NCBI GenBank assembly: GCA_040901675.1 | Contig: JBBDYJ010000010.1 | Coordinates: 92,876 to 156,875, forward strand | Direction: 5' to 3' | Source: Pirellulales bacterium | Lineage (GTDB): Bacteria > Planctomycetota > Planctomycetia > Pirellulales > JAICIG01 | Length of the DNA: 64,000 bases | Part shown: piece by piece, positions 1-9,698 of the stretch | How positions within the stretch are numbered: position 1 is the stretch's first letter | Layout: each line of letters begins with the position of its first letter | Notes under the pieces: model-generated | Databases searched by the model: none | What the model saw: only the letters and a program-made list of their open reading frames with translations | Told to the model about the DNA's origin: nothing | Made by a program: the position numbers and the translations under genes

Positions 1-2040
1 CGTGCGTGGATCGGAGAAGTGTTCGGCCAGGTCGACGCCGAAGCCGCGCGACAGCTCCCACTCGGCCCGCGCCGCCCAGGGAGTGCCGGGGTGCTCCCGC
101 ACGACTGCCTGGAGCAACTGCGTGGCACGCGCGATGTAGTGCCTGGTCAGCTCGCCGGTGAGCGTTTCGGCGCGGGTGGTGATGGCCCAGTAGTTGGTCT
201 TCTTGGTCGGTCCCAGCGGGTTCTTGATGACTTTGGGCTGTTTCTTGAAGGCCTCCAGGTAGGCGCCGTACTCGTAGATGCGCACCTTGTAGGCGATCAT
301 CTGCGCGACCATCAAGTCGTAGTTGGCCCGCCAGCGAGGGCTGTACTCCCGCTCGCGCAGCGGCCGCAGCCTTTCCAACGCCTTCTCCGCCTGGTCGATG
401 TACCGCACCATGCCTTCGGCCGTTTTTTGCGCCGCGGTCGCCTCGCTCAGAAAGGCGTCCGGCCGGATCGAGAAGGTCACCGGCACCACGCAGTGCGGAG
501 CGTGCTGGGGGTTGTACGGGTTGAAATCAGAGATGATCTTCCAGAGCGATCTTTGCAGCTCGCTCTGATCGCGCTGGGCGGCGTACTCGGCCCTGGGACC
601 GAGGTCGGGCAGGTAGGGGCGCATCGCCTCCAGCTCGTACTTGCGGTTGTCGCCGCGGACCAGGTTCGTCTCCGGGCTGGGCAGCATGAAGAACACGCCG
701 CCGGTTTGGCGGGCGATCCGCACGTGCTCATAGGGGCCGAAGCCGCTGGGGTGCGCATCCCAGCGGGCCGTGAAGCCGTCGATCTGCAGTTGCTCCGGGA
801 AAGGCGTTTCCGGTCCGCGGTCGATCTGCAGCCAGAAGGCGATCTGCGTGTCCGGATCGACCCAGCTCATATAGGCATAGGGATAGCCAAACACGGCCTC
901 GCGGCCCAGCGCGTACACCACGCAACGCGCCTGCCGCGCCTGGTCGATGGCGGCTTCCAACTGTGCCATGTTGTCGGCCGGGTCGCCGCTTTCGTCGCTC
1001 ACCAGGATCAGGGCCAACTGCCGCCGGCCCGAGGTGGCAAATCGCTGAAAGGTATGGATCGCCTGGCCGATCGCCTGGCAGGTCATTTCCTTGCCCGAGG
1101 GGTCGACCGGCACCGAACCGATGGCCGCACGGATCTCATCCAGGTTCGAAGTCGGCTTGCTGGTGTGCACCATGAAGCCGGCGCCGAAGCTGGTGACCGC
1201 GGTCCAGAGCGCATCTCCCTGGGCCGCCGCCGACAGACCCAGCTCGGCGTAGACCCGCTCGATGCGGTCGCGGATCTCCTGCTGGTCGTCCTTCATGCTT
1301 TCGGACTGGTCGAAGCACCAGATGACCAGCACCTTGTTCTTGGCCAGCATGTTCAGGATTTCGTGGGTGATGCGGTCCATCGCCTGCTGGTAATCGTCGA
1401 CGACCGCCTGGGGATCGCCCAAAGTGCCTTGGGGCAGCTCCATGCCGAAATGGTTGCCCGGCATCGAAAAATCGCTGAGGTCTCCCACGCTTACCTTGGG
1501 AGCCAGTTGCGACTCGCCCAGCGCGTGGTCGTAGGTTGGCTTCGAGATGCCGACCAGGCCGCCGCCCGCCGTGCTGCTGGTCGATACCCTCGACGAGCTC
1601 ACCAGGGCCAGTTCGCTGGTGGGATCGAGATTCACATCGACCACCTGGTTGACCAGCTCCTGCGGCCGTTCGAGCGTCGCCACGAAATTCGGCAAGACAG
1701 GTCGGATGGCCTCGGGCATGATCGCCAGCCCCAGCGCGAGAATCAGCGCCAGGTGGACCAGCATCGAGGAGCAGACGGCTATCGCCGTCCGCAGGTGGCT
1801 CGGCGGCAACGCTCGGCTCGGCAGGCCGTCGCCGGCCTGCTCGTCTTGCTGCTCGCCGGATCGACCGTTGCGCGAGCGGCGGCGGAGAAAACGGCGTCCC
1901 GTCTGGGAAAACCGTGAGCTAAAGCCACGGCCATGGGATGCTGGACGGTCCGGCTGGGACGCCGCCGGATCGGGCCGGGCCGCGACTGCTGAGTCGGAGT
2001 CCTGCCTGGGCGCACTATCACCGGACGTATCGGCACTCAC
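1..2040 (-). CDS. Membrane-anchored von Willebrand factor A domain protein (3' end runs off the window)
   Basis: Not in the ORF track. It is the open antisense frame of the 19..1917 + ORF, starting at GTG 2040. Contains a TM segment (SMLVHLALILALGL), MIDAS motif FDQSES and a downstream VSDESG. Confidence 0.8.
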   Translation of the reverse strand, partial: MSADTSGDSAPRQDSDSAVAARPDPAASQPDRPASHGRGFSSRFSQTGRRFLRRRSRNGRSGEQQDEQAGDGLPSRALPPSHLRTAIAVCSSMLVHLALILALGLAIMPEAIRPVLPNFVATLERPQELVNQVVDVNLDPTSELALVSSSRVSTSSTAGGGLVGISKPTYDHALGESQLAPKVSVGDLSDFSMPGNHFGMELPQGTLGDPQAVVDDYQQAMDRITHEILNMLAKNKVLVIWCFDQSESMKDDQQEIRDRIERVYAELGLSAAAQGDALWTAVTSFGAGFMVHTSKPTSNLDEIRAAIGSVPVDPSGKEMTCQAIGQAIHTFQRFATSGRRQLALILVSDESGDPADNMAQLEAAIDQARQARCVVYALGREAVFGYPYAYMSWVDPDTQIAFWLQIDRGPETPFPEQLQIDGFTARWDAHPSGFGPYEHVRIARQTGGVFFMLPSPETNLVRGDNRKYELEAMRPYLPDLGPRAEYAAQRDQSELQRSLWKIISDFNPYNPQHAPHCVVPVTFSIRPDAFLSEATAAQKTAEGMVRYIDQAEKALERLRPLREREYSPRWRANYDLMVAQMIAYKVRIYEYGAYLEAFKKQPKVIKNPLGPTKKTNYWAITTRAETLTGELTRHYIARATQLLQAVVREHPGTPWAARAEWELSRGFGVDLAEHFSDPRT

Positions 2041-2113
2041 GGCGCAAGCCTCGCGCAGGTAGGCAGTTTGTGCCCCTTGACTAGTTTAACCCCGCTGGAA
2101 TGGGGAACGCAAC

Positions 2114-3616
2114 CTAGCGGATTAGCGGCACGACCAGCCGCACGAGCGTTACGACCACGACCACGCCGGCCAGGTCCAGGAGGATGCCGTAGCGGACCAT
2201 CCGCAACAGCGGGATGTGCCCCGACCCGTAGACGATGGCATTGCACGGCGTCGATACCGGCAGCATGAATCCGAGGCTGGCGCCGAAGGTCGCCCCCAAG
2301 GCCGGCTCGAGCGGGTCGGCGCCGGCCGCCTGGGCAATCGCGATGGCCACGGGCACCACGATCGTGGCCGAGGCCGTGTTGGACGTCGATTCCGAGACCA
2401 GCGTGGCGACCACGGTGGCGGCTATCAAAAGCCACAGGCTGTCATCCGCGGGCAGAAACCCGGTGAGCCCCTCGCCGATGGCCCGCGCCAAACCGGTATC
2501 GTTGGCCAGCACGCCGAGGGCCAGCCCGCCTCCGTAGAGCAAGACCACTCCCCAGTCGATCTGGACCGCCTCGGGCCAGGTGATGGCCTTGCGCTGGCCG
2601 TCGCCCGGCAGCAGAAACAAGAGCACGGCGCCGATAATCGCCGCCACCCCCTCGGGCAGGCCGCTGGAGAGCAGGCGGTACAGGTCGCTCTGCTGCCCGG
2701 CGACCAGCGCGGCGATGCCCGGCACCACCCAGAGCACGGCCGTCACCGCGAAGGCCGCCAGCGCCGAGCGCTGGCCGCGGGTCCACGGCCCCAGCGTCTC
2801 GCGCTGGCGAGCCAGCAGCTCGCTGCTGCCGGCGAAGCGCTTGACGCCGGCCGGGCAGAAGTAATTCAGGTAGCAGAACAGGTACAGGTAGAGGCAGATG
2901 ACAATCGGCGTGCCGATGAGCATCCACTTTAGAAACGGGACCTCGACGTCCAGCGACCGGCGGATAAAACTCAGTCCGATCAGGTTGGGCGGGGTGCCGA
3001 CCGGCGTGGCCAGCCCGCCGATCGAAGCGGCAAAGGCCGTCATGAGCATCAACCCCGTCGCGTAGCGGCGGTCGATGGCCGGGCCGCCCGCTTTCTCCTG
3101 CTCGAACAGGAAGTTGAGGATCGACAGGCCGATGGCGAACATCATAGCCGTGGTGGCGGTGTTGGAGATGCAGGCCGACATGAGGGCCGTCACGGCGCCG
3201 AAGGCGAACAGGATACGGCCGGGACTGGCGCCGACCCAGCCGAGCGAGAGCACGGCGAAGGCCAGCCGCCGATCGAGCCTGTGCAGAAAGATGGCCCGCG
3301 CCAGGATGAACGAGCCGATGAACAGGAACATCAGCGGATCGGCGAAGGGGGCAAAGACCTGGCGGGCCGGCGCCACCCGCAGCAAGACGCAAGCCGCCGC
3401 CCCGGCCAGTGCCGTCACCGGCATCGGCAGCGCCTCGGTGACCCAGAGCACGACGACGGCGGCCATCACGGCGGCCAGCCGGTGGGCCTCGGTCGACAGG
3501 CCGGTCGCCGGCCAGAACAGCACGGCGGCAAAGGCCAGCGGCGCCAGCACGAGCCCCAGCCGAACGCGGGCCCGTTCGAAGGAGCGTTCCAGGGGGCTCA
3601 GGCTGGTGTCGATCAC
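2114..3616 (-). CDS. SLC13/DASS family di-/tricarboxylate or sulfate transporter
   Basis: Many TM helices, two SNT motifs (ISNTATT, TSNTAS), GTPPN and PVSTPCNAI. Confidence 0.9.
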   Translation of the reverse strand: MIDTSLSPLERSFERARVRLGLVLAPLAFAAVLFWPATGLSTEAHRLAAVMAAVVVLWVTEALPMPVTALAGAAACVLLRVAPARQVFAPFADPLMFLFIGSFILARAIFLHRLDRRLAFAVLSLGWVGASPGRILFAFGAVTALMSACISNTATTAMMFAIGLSILNFLFEQEKAGGPAIDRRYATGLMLMTAFAASIGGLATPVGTPPNLIGLSFIRRSLDVEVPFLKWMLIGTPIVICLYLYLFCYLNYFCPAGVKRFAGSSELLARQRETLGPWTRGQRSALAAFAVTAVLWVVPGIAALVAGQQSDLYRLLSSGLPEGVAAIIGAVLLFLLPGDGQRKAITWPEAVQIDWGVVLLYGGGLALGVLANDTGLARAIGEGLTGFLPADDSLWLLIAATVVATLVSESTSNTASATIVVPVAIAIAQAAGADPLEPALGATFGASLGFMLPVSTPCNAIVYGSGHIPLLRMVRYGILLDLAGVVVVVTLVRLVVPLIR

Positions 3617-3628
3617 GACGCGCTAGGG

Positions 3629-3991
3629 CTACTCCTTTTGTTCGCCGCGCCGCTCCTTGAGTCGGACGGCCTTGCCGACGCGCTCGCGGAGGAAGTAGAG
3701 CTTGGCCCGGCGGACAATGCCGGATCGTTTGACTTCGATGCGGGCGATGCGCGGGGAGTGCAGGGGAAACTTGCGCTCGACCCCTTCGCCCTGCACGATG
3801 CGGCGGACCACGAACATCTCGCGGGTGCCCGAGCCGCTGCGGGCGATGACGACGCCGTTGAAGATCTGGATCCGCTCCTTCTCGCCTTCCAGGATGCGGG
3901 TGTGCACGTCGACCGTGTCGCCGATCTTGAAGTTGGGAATCTCCGGCTTCAGGTTCGGTTTCTCGACCAGGTCGAGCAATCGCTGGCTCAT
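3629..3991 (-). CDS. rplS: 50S ribosomal protein L19
   Basis: [19 protein letters not shown] and [10 protein letters not shown] motifs; lies downstream of trmD. Confidence 0.98.
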   Translation of the reverse strand: MSQRLLDLVEKPNLKPEIPNFKIGDTVDVHTRILEGEKERIQIFNGVVIARSGSGTREMFVVRRIVQGEGVERKFPLHSPRIARIEVKRSGIVRRAKLYFLRERVGKAVRLKERRGEQKE

Positions 3992-4680
3992 TGGGGTTCT
4001 TCCTTTCGATGCTTGTTCCGCTCTTGTGTTCTCAAAACGCTCTGTTCCATCCGCCAGCGAGCAATCTCCTGGTGGTTGCCGCTCAACAGCACTTCCGGCA
4101 CTTCGTGCCCCCGGAATTCCCGCGGCCGCGTGTACTGCGAAAACTCCAGCAATCGCCGGCCTCCCGAAAACGAATCCTGGCTGCTGCTGCGCTCGTCGCC
4201 CAGCACTCCGGGCACCAGGCGAATCACCGCGTCGATCAGCACCATGGCGGCCACTTCGCCTCCATTGAGGACGAAGTCGCCGATGCTCACCTGGTCCGGC
4301 TGCAGGATGTCGATCACTCGTTCGTCAAAACCCTCATATCGTCCGCACAACAACAGCAACCGGTCGTTGGCGGCCAGTTGCTCGACCAGCGGCTGATCCA
4401 ACCTCCGCCCTTGCGGCGACAACAGCACCAGGTGCCCGGCTTGGGGGCACATGGCCTGCACCGCCTCCACGCACTCGACCACCGGCTTGACCATCAGCAC
4501 CATGCCGGGCCCGCCGCCGAACGGCCGATCGTCGACCGGCTTGTGCCGGCCCTCGGCCCAGTCGCGGATGTTGTGCAACCGCACGTCGACCAGGCCGCGC
4601 TCGATCGCCAGCTTCAACAGGCTTTGCCCCAGGTAACCGGGAAACATCTCCGGAAACAAGGTCAGCACGTCGAAGCGCAT
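3988..4680 (-). CDS. trmD: tRNA (guanine37-N1)-methyltransferase
   Basis: [43 protein letters not shown]. Confidence 0.98.
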   Translation of the reverse strand: MRFDVLTLFPEMFPGYLGQSLLKLAIERGLVDVRLHNIRDWAEGRHKPVDDRPFGGGPGMVLMVKPVVECVEAVQAMCPQAGHLVLLSPQGRRLDQPLVEQLAANDRLLLLCGRYEGFDERVIDILQPDQVSIGDFVLNGGEVAAMVLIDAVIRLVPGVLGDERSSSQDSFSGGRRLLEFSQYTRPREFRGHEVPEVLLSGNHQEIARWRMEQSVLRTQERNKHRKEEPQ

Positions 4681-4756
4681 GGCTCAACCGCAAAAGCTCG
4701 GTGCCCCCGGTAGCAGGCACACTGGGTGTGCCGTGGCCTCCTTAAGTTTTCCGTTT

Positions 4757-5209
4757 TCACTCCGCGGGTGCCTCGCCGGCCTCGCCCGCTGGCGCCTCGG
4801 CCGGCTGCTCGGCGGGTGGTGCCGGCTCGGCGGCGGCCACCGGCTGGGCGGCCGCTGGTTCGGTCCTGGGCTGGGGCACGTAGACCGGTTCGGGCGGCGG
4901 CGGAACTTCCTTGGGCTGGGCCAGCCGTTCGCGGGCCGCCTGCTGGGCATCGACGCGGACGCCCTGGGGGCCATACTTCTTGATGAACACGCTCACCTTT
5001 TCGCTCGGCTGAGCGCCGACCGACAGCCAGTAGCTGAGCCGTTCGGTCGCCAGCACGACGCGGGCGTCGGTGTCGGCGATCATCGGGTCGTAGGTGCCCA
5101 GCTCTTCCAGCACTTTGCCGTCGCGCGGGTGGCGCGAATCGACGGCGCAGATGCGAAAGAACGGCCGGTGCTTGCGGCCCATTTTTTTCATGCGGATTTT
5201 TACAGCCAA
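4757..5209 (-). CDS. rpsP: 30S ribosomal protein S16 with Pro/Ala/Glu-rich C-terminal extension
   Basis: C-terminal part of the 4757..6427 ORF. TTG start at 5209 with GGAGG SD at 5216-5220. AVKIRMKKMGRKHRPFFRI..DSR.PRDG..LEELGTYDP. Confidence 0.95.
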   Translation of the reverse strand: MAVKIRMKKMGRKHRPFFRICAVDSRHPRDGKVLEELGTYDPMIADTDARVVLATERLSYWLSVGAQPSEKVSVFIKKYGPQGVRVDAQQAARERLAQPKEVPPPPEPVYVPQPRTEPAAAQPVAAAEPAPPAEQPAEAPAGEAGEAPAE

Positions 5210-5229
5210 ATCGGTCCTCCTGTGGGTGG

Positions 5230-6738
5230 TTAGTTGTTTCGAGTCGGATCGCCCGGCCCTTTCTTGCGTTTTTCCTCGCGCTTGCGGCGGCGGGCTTCTT
5301 TTTCGCGCTGCTCCTTGAGCCGCTTGCGCTCCTGGCTGGTCAACCGCTTGCCCGTGTCGCGTTTTTGCCGGGTGAGCGTGCCGCCCGGATCGAGCGCGCC
5401 CCCCTTCTGCAGTTGCTGCACGGTCTTCAGCCGGTCGCGGACGCCCATGCCGGCCATCCGCTTCATGATGTCGGCCATGCCGTCGAACTGCTTGACCAGG
5501 GCGTTGACCTCCGAGGGCTCCACGCCGGCGCCGGCCGCGATCCGCCGCCGGCGGCTCTGGTCGATCACGCGCGAGGGGTTGCGCCGCTCGTCGGCGGTCA
5601 TCGAGTCGACGATCCCGCAGAGCCGGTTCATGTCGGCCTCGGCGTCGACGTTGTCCATCATCTGCCCCAGGCCGTTGAGCCCGGGGATCATGCCCATGAT
5701 CTTGTTCAAGGGCCCCAGCCTGCGCGTCTGGGTCATCAGCTTGCGGAAGTCGTCCAGGGTGAACTCGCCCTTGCGGAGCCGTTCTTCCTGGACCTGCATC
5801 TCGTCCTGGTCGAACTTCTGCTGGGCTTGCTCGACCAGCGTGAGCACGTCGCCCTGTCCCAGGATGCGGCCGGCCATGCGGTCGGGGTGGAATTCTTCCA
5901 GGGCGTCGAGATGCTCGCCGGTGCCGATGAACTTCAGCGGCACGCCGGTCACCGCCTTGACGCTCAAGGCCGCCCCGCCGCGGGCGTCGCCGTCGAGCTT
6001 GGTCATGATCACGCCGTCGAGCTCCAAGGCCTCGTTGAAAGCCTTGGCGCTGTTCACGGCATCCTGGCCGGTCATGCCGTCGACCACCAGGTACACCTGC
6101 TCGGGACTGACGCGGCGGTCGATGCGCTTGAGCTGTTCCATCAGCTCTTCGTCGATGTGCAGCCGGCCGGCCGTATCGAGCACGACCACCTCGGCGCCGG
6201 TCTGGCGGGCGTGCTTGACCGCGTTCTGGCAGACGGCAACCGGATCTTGCGCGCCCTCTTCGGCGTAAACCGGCAGGCCGAGCTGCTCGCCCAGCACCTG
6301 GAGCTGGTGGACGGCGGCCGGGCGCTGCAGGTCGGCGGCGACCAGCAGGGGCTTGCGGCCCCGCTGGTTGATGAGGCGGGCCAGCTTGCCGCAGGTGGTC
6401 GTTTTGCCCGAGCCTTGCAGGCCGCACATCATCAGCACGGTCACGTCGCCCCGCAGGTGCAGCGAGTGGTCGACGGGGCCCATCAGGTTGACCAGCTCGC
6501 GGTAGACGATGCCCACGACCTGCTGGCTGGGGTTGAGCGAGTTGAGCACTCGTTCGCCGACGGCCTCCTGGGAGACGCGGCCCATGAAGTCCTTGACGAC
6601 CTGGATGCTGACGTCGGCTTCGAGCAGCGACTGCTGCACGAGCTGCAGGCCGTCGCGCATGTTCGCCTCGGTCAGGCGGGCCTTGCCGCTGAGCGTCTTG
6701 AACGCCGAGCTGAGACCTTGTTGGAGCGATTCAAACAT
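5230..6738 (-). CDS. ffh: Signal recognition particle protein Ffh
   Basis: [25 protein letters not shown], and a Met-rich M domain ([11 protein letters not shown]). Confidence 0.98.
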   Translation of the reverse strand: MFESLQQGLSSAFKTLSGKARLTEANMRDGLQLVQQSLLEADVSIQVVKDFMGRVSQEAVGERVLNSLNPSQQVVGIVYRELVNLMGPVDHSLHLRGDVTVLMMCGLQGSGKTTTCGKLARLINQRGRKPLLVAADLQRPAAVHQLQVLGEQLGLPVYAEEGAQDPVAVCQNAVKHARQTGAEVVVLDTAGRLHIDEELMEQLKRIDRRVSPEQVYLVVDGMTGQDAVNSAKAFNEALELDGVIMTKLDGDARGGAALSVKAVTGVPLKFIGTGEHLDALEEFHPDRMAGRILGQGDVLTLVEQAQQKFDQDEMQVQEERLRKGEFTLDDFRKLMTQTRRLGPLNKIMGMIPGLNGLGQMMDNVDAEADMNRLCGIVDSMTADERRNPSRVIDQSRRRRIAAGAGVEPSEVNALVKQFDGMADIMKRMAGMGVRDRLKTVQQLQKGGALDPGGTLTRQKRDTGKRLTSQERKRLKEQREKEARRRKREEKRKKGPGDPTRNN

Positions 6739-6872
6739 GGCCGATTAGGTACAAAGCAATCACGGACAAAGGTTTACGGCGGCGGGCCGGCGTCGGCGAT
6801 AGCGCGCCTGGCTGCGCGCGGATCCCCCCGACCGCCCGCAAGAACCGTCCGCCCTCCAGCGACAAAACTGGC

Positions 6873-6902
6873 ATTCTAGCCCATTCCATTCGGCTTTCGC
6901 AA
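6873..6902 (-). promoter_or_regulatory. Putative sigma70 promoter for the ffh operon
   Basis: TTGCGA-N18-TAGAAT on the minus strand, about 135 nt upstream of the ffh ATG. Confidence 0.5.
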
Positions 6903-7133
6903 GCCATGCCCAATGGCGGTAGTGTCCTAACAGTCTGGAGTTTCGATGAGCTATTCGCGGCGGTTCTTGGCCCCGGCAACGGGGCTACTTAAACTGGCTA
7001 GCCTGAGGCTAAAGGGTTGGCCCTGGACCGACTGCTCGGCTAGAATTCAGAGGGCGATAAAATGGTATACAAGCGTACAGATATCCGATAAGATGGAGTA
7101 GTCCCTCGCCCTGCTTTGGGAGGTTTGTGAGAT

Positions 7134-7715
7134 ATGGTGAAGGTCAAGGTTCCATCAAGGTCACCTGACGACAAGAAACTTCGCGAGCTGATTCTCTACA
7201 TCTGCCATCGGTCGGAGGGCGACGCGACGTTTGGAGCTACAAAACTCAACAAGCTTCTCTTCTACTGCGATTTCCTCGCGTACACGCAGTTCGGGCGGGC
7301 AATCACGTGGCATACGTACCAGAGGCTTCCAAATGGACCTGCCCCGGTCGCCCTTCTACCGATCACGAAGGACATGGAACGGCGCAAGGAAATTGCGATT
7401 GGCGAGCACAACTACTACGGCCACAAGCAAAAGCGCACGCTCGCCCTGAGGGATGCAGACCTGTCGGTTTTTCGAGCTGAAGAAATTGCCCTTGTCGAAG
7501 AGGTTATCGAAGAATGCCGGGGCATCAACGCCACAAGGATGAGCCTCCTGTCCCACGGATTTCGTGGGTGGCAGCTTGCCGAGAATGGGGAGAACATCCC
7601 CTACGAAGTAGCCCTTGTGGATTTTGAACGCCCCACGGAAAAAGACCTCGCCCTCGCCATGTCGATGGGCGAGGAGCTGAAAGCCCTTGCTGCGGAGTGC
7701 AAGGGCAATGATTAG
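7134..7715 (+). CDS. Panacea (DUF4065/SocA-like) domain antitoxin
   Basis: KLRELILYI..GATKLNKLLFYCDF.AY..G..IT..Y.RLPNGPAP..SH..W..A..GE.IPY signature; visibly lower-GC codon usage. Confidence 0.85.
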   Translation: MVKVKVPSRSPDDKKLRELILYICHRSEGDATFGATKLNKLLFYCDFLAYTQFGRAITWHTYQRLPNGPAPVALLPITKDMERRKEIAIGEHNYYGHKQKRTLALRDADLSVFRAEEIALVEEVIEECRGINATRMSLLSHGFRGWQLAENGENIPYEVALVDFERPTEKDLALAMSMGEELKALAAECKGND

Positions 7716-7970
7716 AGGGGCGCTTCGGCATCCTCAATTTGACAAGGCCGTCGAAAAGCTAGCCGCCGAATTCCCAGGAATAAAAGAGGTTATTGACGGA
7801 GCCATCTGGTCGCTTTGTCGAGAGCCGGAGGACGGCAAATTTATCCAGCGATTAGGCGTCTGGCAAGCCAGGCTCATTCCGCCCGAAGCACCCCCATCCT
7901 TCTCTTCTACGCAGTCAACAAGCGATTCTTGACCATGTTGACGGCCGTGCTCGCTTCGCGAAGCAAGTAG
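7708..7970 (+). pseudogene. RelE/ParE-like toxin, frameshifted at the C5 run near 7891-7895
   Basis: ATG overlaps the antitoxin end. Frame 1 reads HPQFDKAVEKL..GVWQARLIPPEAP; adding one C continues PILLFYAVNKRFLTMLTAVLASRSK* to 7970, a RelE-like C-terminal beta pattern. Confidence 0.55.
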
Positions 7971-8077
7971 GGCGTCAAGCCCCGGCAACACACTCTTAGT
8001 TCTACAACGCGGACCGACCCTCCGGCCGCAACCTCTGGTGCCGGGTGGAGTCCCAGGCACTGTCCAGTGGAGTCGAT

Positions 8078-8407
8078 ATGGAACCCGGTCCTGTCCAGAC
8101 CCCGCCCGACCAGAACGACGACCGCCAGGGCGAGAACCCGTACCGAGCGCCGGAGGAAGCAATCGAAGGCGGCCATAGGTCGCCATCAAACAGGAGGTTC
8201 TTCGCAAAGGCTTGCTATGCAACGGCCGCAGCGTATTTGGTCTTTGGAGCTTTCTGTCTGATCGCCATCTTGATGCCGCTGCCGCCGCAGCCGCCGCAGG
8301 ATGACAACCGGGGCCTGGGCGCTGTCGTTGGGCTGGTTTTCGTTGCAGTCGGAGCGTGGCTTCTGTGGACAGGGAATTGCGCACGCCGAGAAACCCCGCG
8401 AAGCTAA
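8078..8407 (+). CDS. Small two-TM membrane protein with ENPYRAP motif
   Basis: GGAG SD before ATG 8078; two hydrophobic helices. Confidence 0.65.
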   Translation: MEPGPVQTPPDQNDDRQGENPYRAPEEAIEGGHRSPSNRRFFAKACYATAAAYLVFGAFCLIAILMPLPPQPPQDDNRGLGAVVGLVFVAVGAWLLWTGNCARRETPRS

Positions 8408-8522
8408 ACCCATGGCCCGCACGTTCCAACTCCGGCTGCGGACGATGTTCTGGTGGTGGCGCGAACCGCTCGAGGAGGCGCTGATGGCTGTGCTTCGCCT
8501 TGCTGGCCGATAAACTGGACCC

Positions 8523-8810
8523 ATGGATCTCAGACCCGACCTGCTCAGGGCGACGCTGCGCGGCACAAGAACCGGAGCACTCGTCGGCGGCGGCTTGGGA
8601 TTGTGCCTTGTCCTATCCGGGCTGGCCTTCGGCCTATTCAAGGTATGGCATGATTCTAAGGTGCTGGTTGAGCCGCTCGGTTTTCCATCCCCGTCGGTGT
8701 TCTTCGTGTCCGCCTTGTCCGAGCGTGGTTCGGCCGTGGCAGCTTTCACACTGCTCGGGGCAGTTTTCGGGGGGATGCTCGGAGCTGCGCGCGGCTACGG
8801 CCGCCGCTGA
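8523..8810 (+). CDS. Small two-TM hypothetical membrane protein
   Basis: Gly-rich hydrophobic helices; same orientation as its neighbours. Confidence 0.5.
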   Translation: MDLRPDLLRATLRGTRTGALVGGGLGLCLVLSGLAFGLFKVWHDSKVLVEPLGFPSPSVFFVSALSERGSAVAAFTLLGAVFGGMLGAARGYGRR

Positions 8811-8856
8811 ACTCGGGTTTTCTTTCTCGGCCGGCACCTCATGCTAAACTGGAGGC

Positions 8857-9240
8857 ATGGCGACAACGGACACCATCAACGCCGATCCAGCCGGGATGGA
8901 CGAGAACCCGTACAAGGCGCCGCAGGCGGACCAAACGAGCGCCGGATCATACTCTCGCGCCGTATACCTTGTGCGCACCGCCTTGAGCATGTTCCTTCTC
9001 GCTCTGGGCATCATTGCGGTGAGCGCCGTAGGCGGATGCGTTGCCGGCGGGGTAGGGGGGATCATCGCCCTGCCGTTCATTCCACGGCACGTAACCCGGG
9101 GATGCGGCAATACCATTACTGACCCCGCCATGCTACTTGGCATGGTCGCGGGAACGGCTTTTGGCTTGGTAATGACCGTGCGGACGATTGGTCGTTACGC
9201 CCGCCGTTCCTTCGCCGCAGATGGCGGCAGCAGCCGATAA
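8857..9240 (+). CDS. Small membrane protein with ENPYKAP motif
   Basis: GGAGG SD; hydrophobic Gly-rich helices. Confidence 0.65.
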   Translation: MATTDTINADPAGMDENPYKAPQADQTSAGSYSRAVYLVRTALSMFLLALGIIAVSAVGGCVAGGVGGIIALPFIPRHVTRGCGNTITDPAMLLGMVAGTAFGLVMTVRTIGRYARRSFAADGGSSR

Positions 9241-9267
9241 ATATCAGCTTCGACGCACTCGACCCAT

Positions 9268-9674
9268 TTGCACCCCAAGGCCCGACTTTTTGGCCGTCAC
9301 GCGGAGCTGCCCCGCCGGCCGCTGGGGCGGAGCAAACTGGGGCACGCTTACCGCTTTGCCCCAGGCACCCGTGGCGGAGAGGCGCCTTCGCCGCTACCTT
9401 TGGCCCTCGTCGTCCACGAGTCAGACTGGAGGCTGAAGACTGGAGACTGAAGGAAGAGGGACGACGAAGACTGGGGCACGCTTATCGCTTTGCCCCAGGC
9501 ACCCGACGGTGCTTGATGAACGCCCCCGCGGCCGCGTTCGTCAAGCGGTGGCACCCAAGGCCCCAGTTTTTGGCCGTCACGCGTGGCGGCGACCCGCCGC
9601 CCGCGAGGATCAGCCGAAAAACAACTTCCTCACATTGCAACTGGGGCACGCTTATCGCTTTGCCCCAGGCACCC
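9268..9674. repeat. Cluster of REP-like hairpins (CTGGGGCACGCTTATCGCTTTGCCCCAGGCACCC) with linker repeats
   Basis: Copies at 9337-9370, 9471-9504 and 9641-9674. A second repeat, GCACCC(C)AAGGCCC..TTTTTGGCCGTCACGCG, occurs at about 9269 and 9551. Confidence 0.85.
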
Positions 9675-9698
9675 AGATCGCTGGTGCCGAAAGGCGGA

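Noticed and set aside
19..1917. 632-aa + strand ORF
   Set aside because: It is the antisense shadow of the minus-strand vWA gene in the same codon register, with no recognisable motifs.
4757..6427. 556-aa ORF suggesting an S16 fusion
   Set aside because: The upstream part is an alternative frame of ffh; rpsP has its own SD and TTG start at 5209.
6739..7133. SRP RNA (ffs) next to ffh, or tmRNA next to smpB
   Set aside because: No SRP domain IV motif is visible here, and no tRNA-like tmRNA ends are visible around smpB.
9337..9674. Three 34-bp repeats as a mini-CRISPR
   Set aside because: Gaps of 100 and 136 nt are too long and contain other repeats; dispersed copies occur at 23.7 and 34.5 kb.
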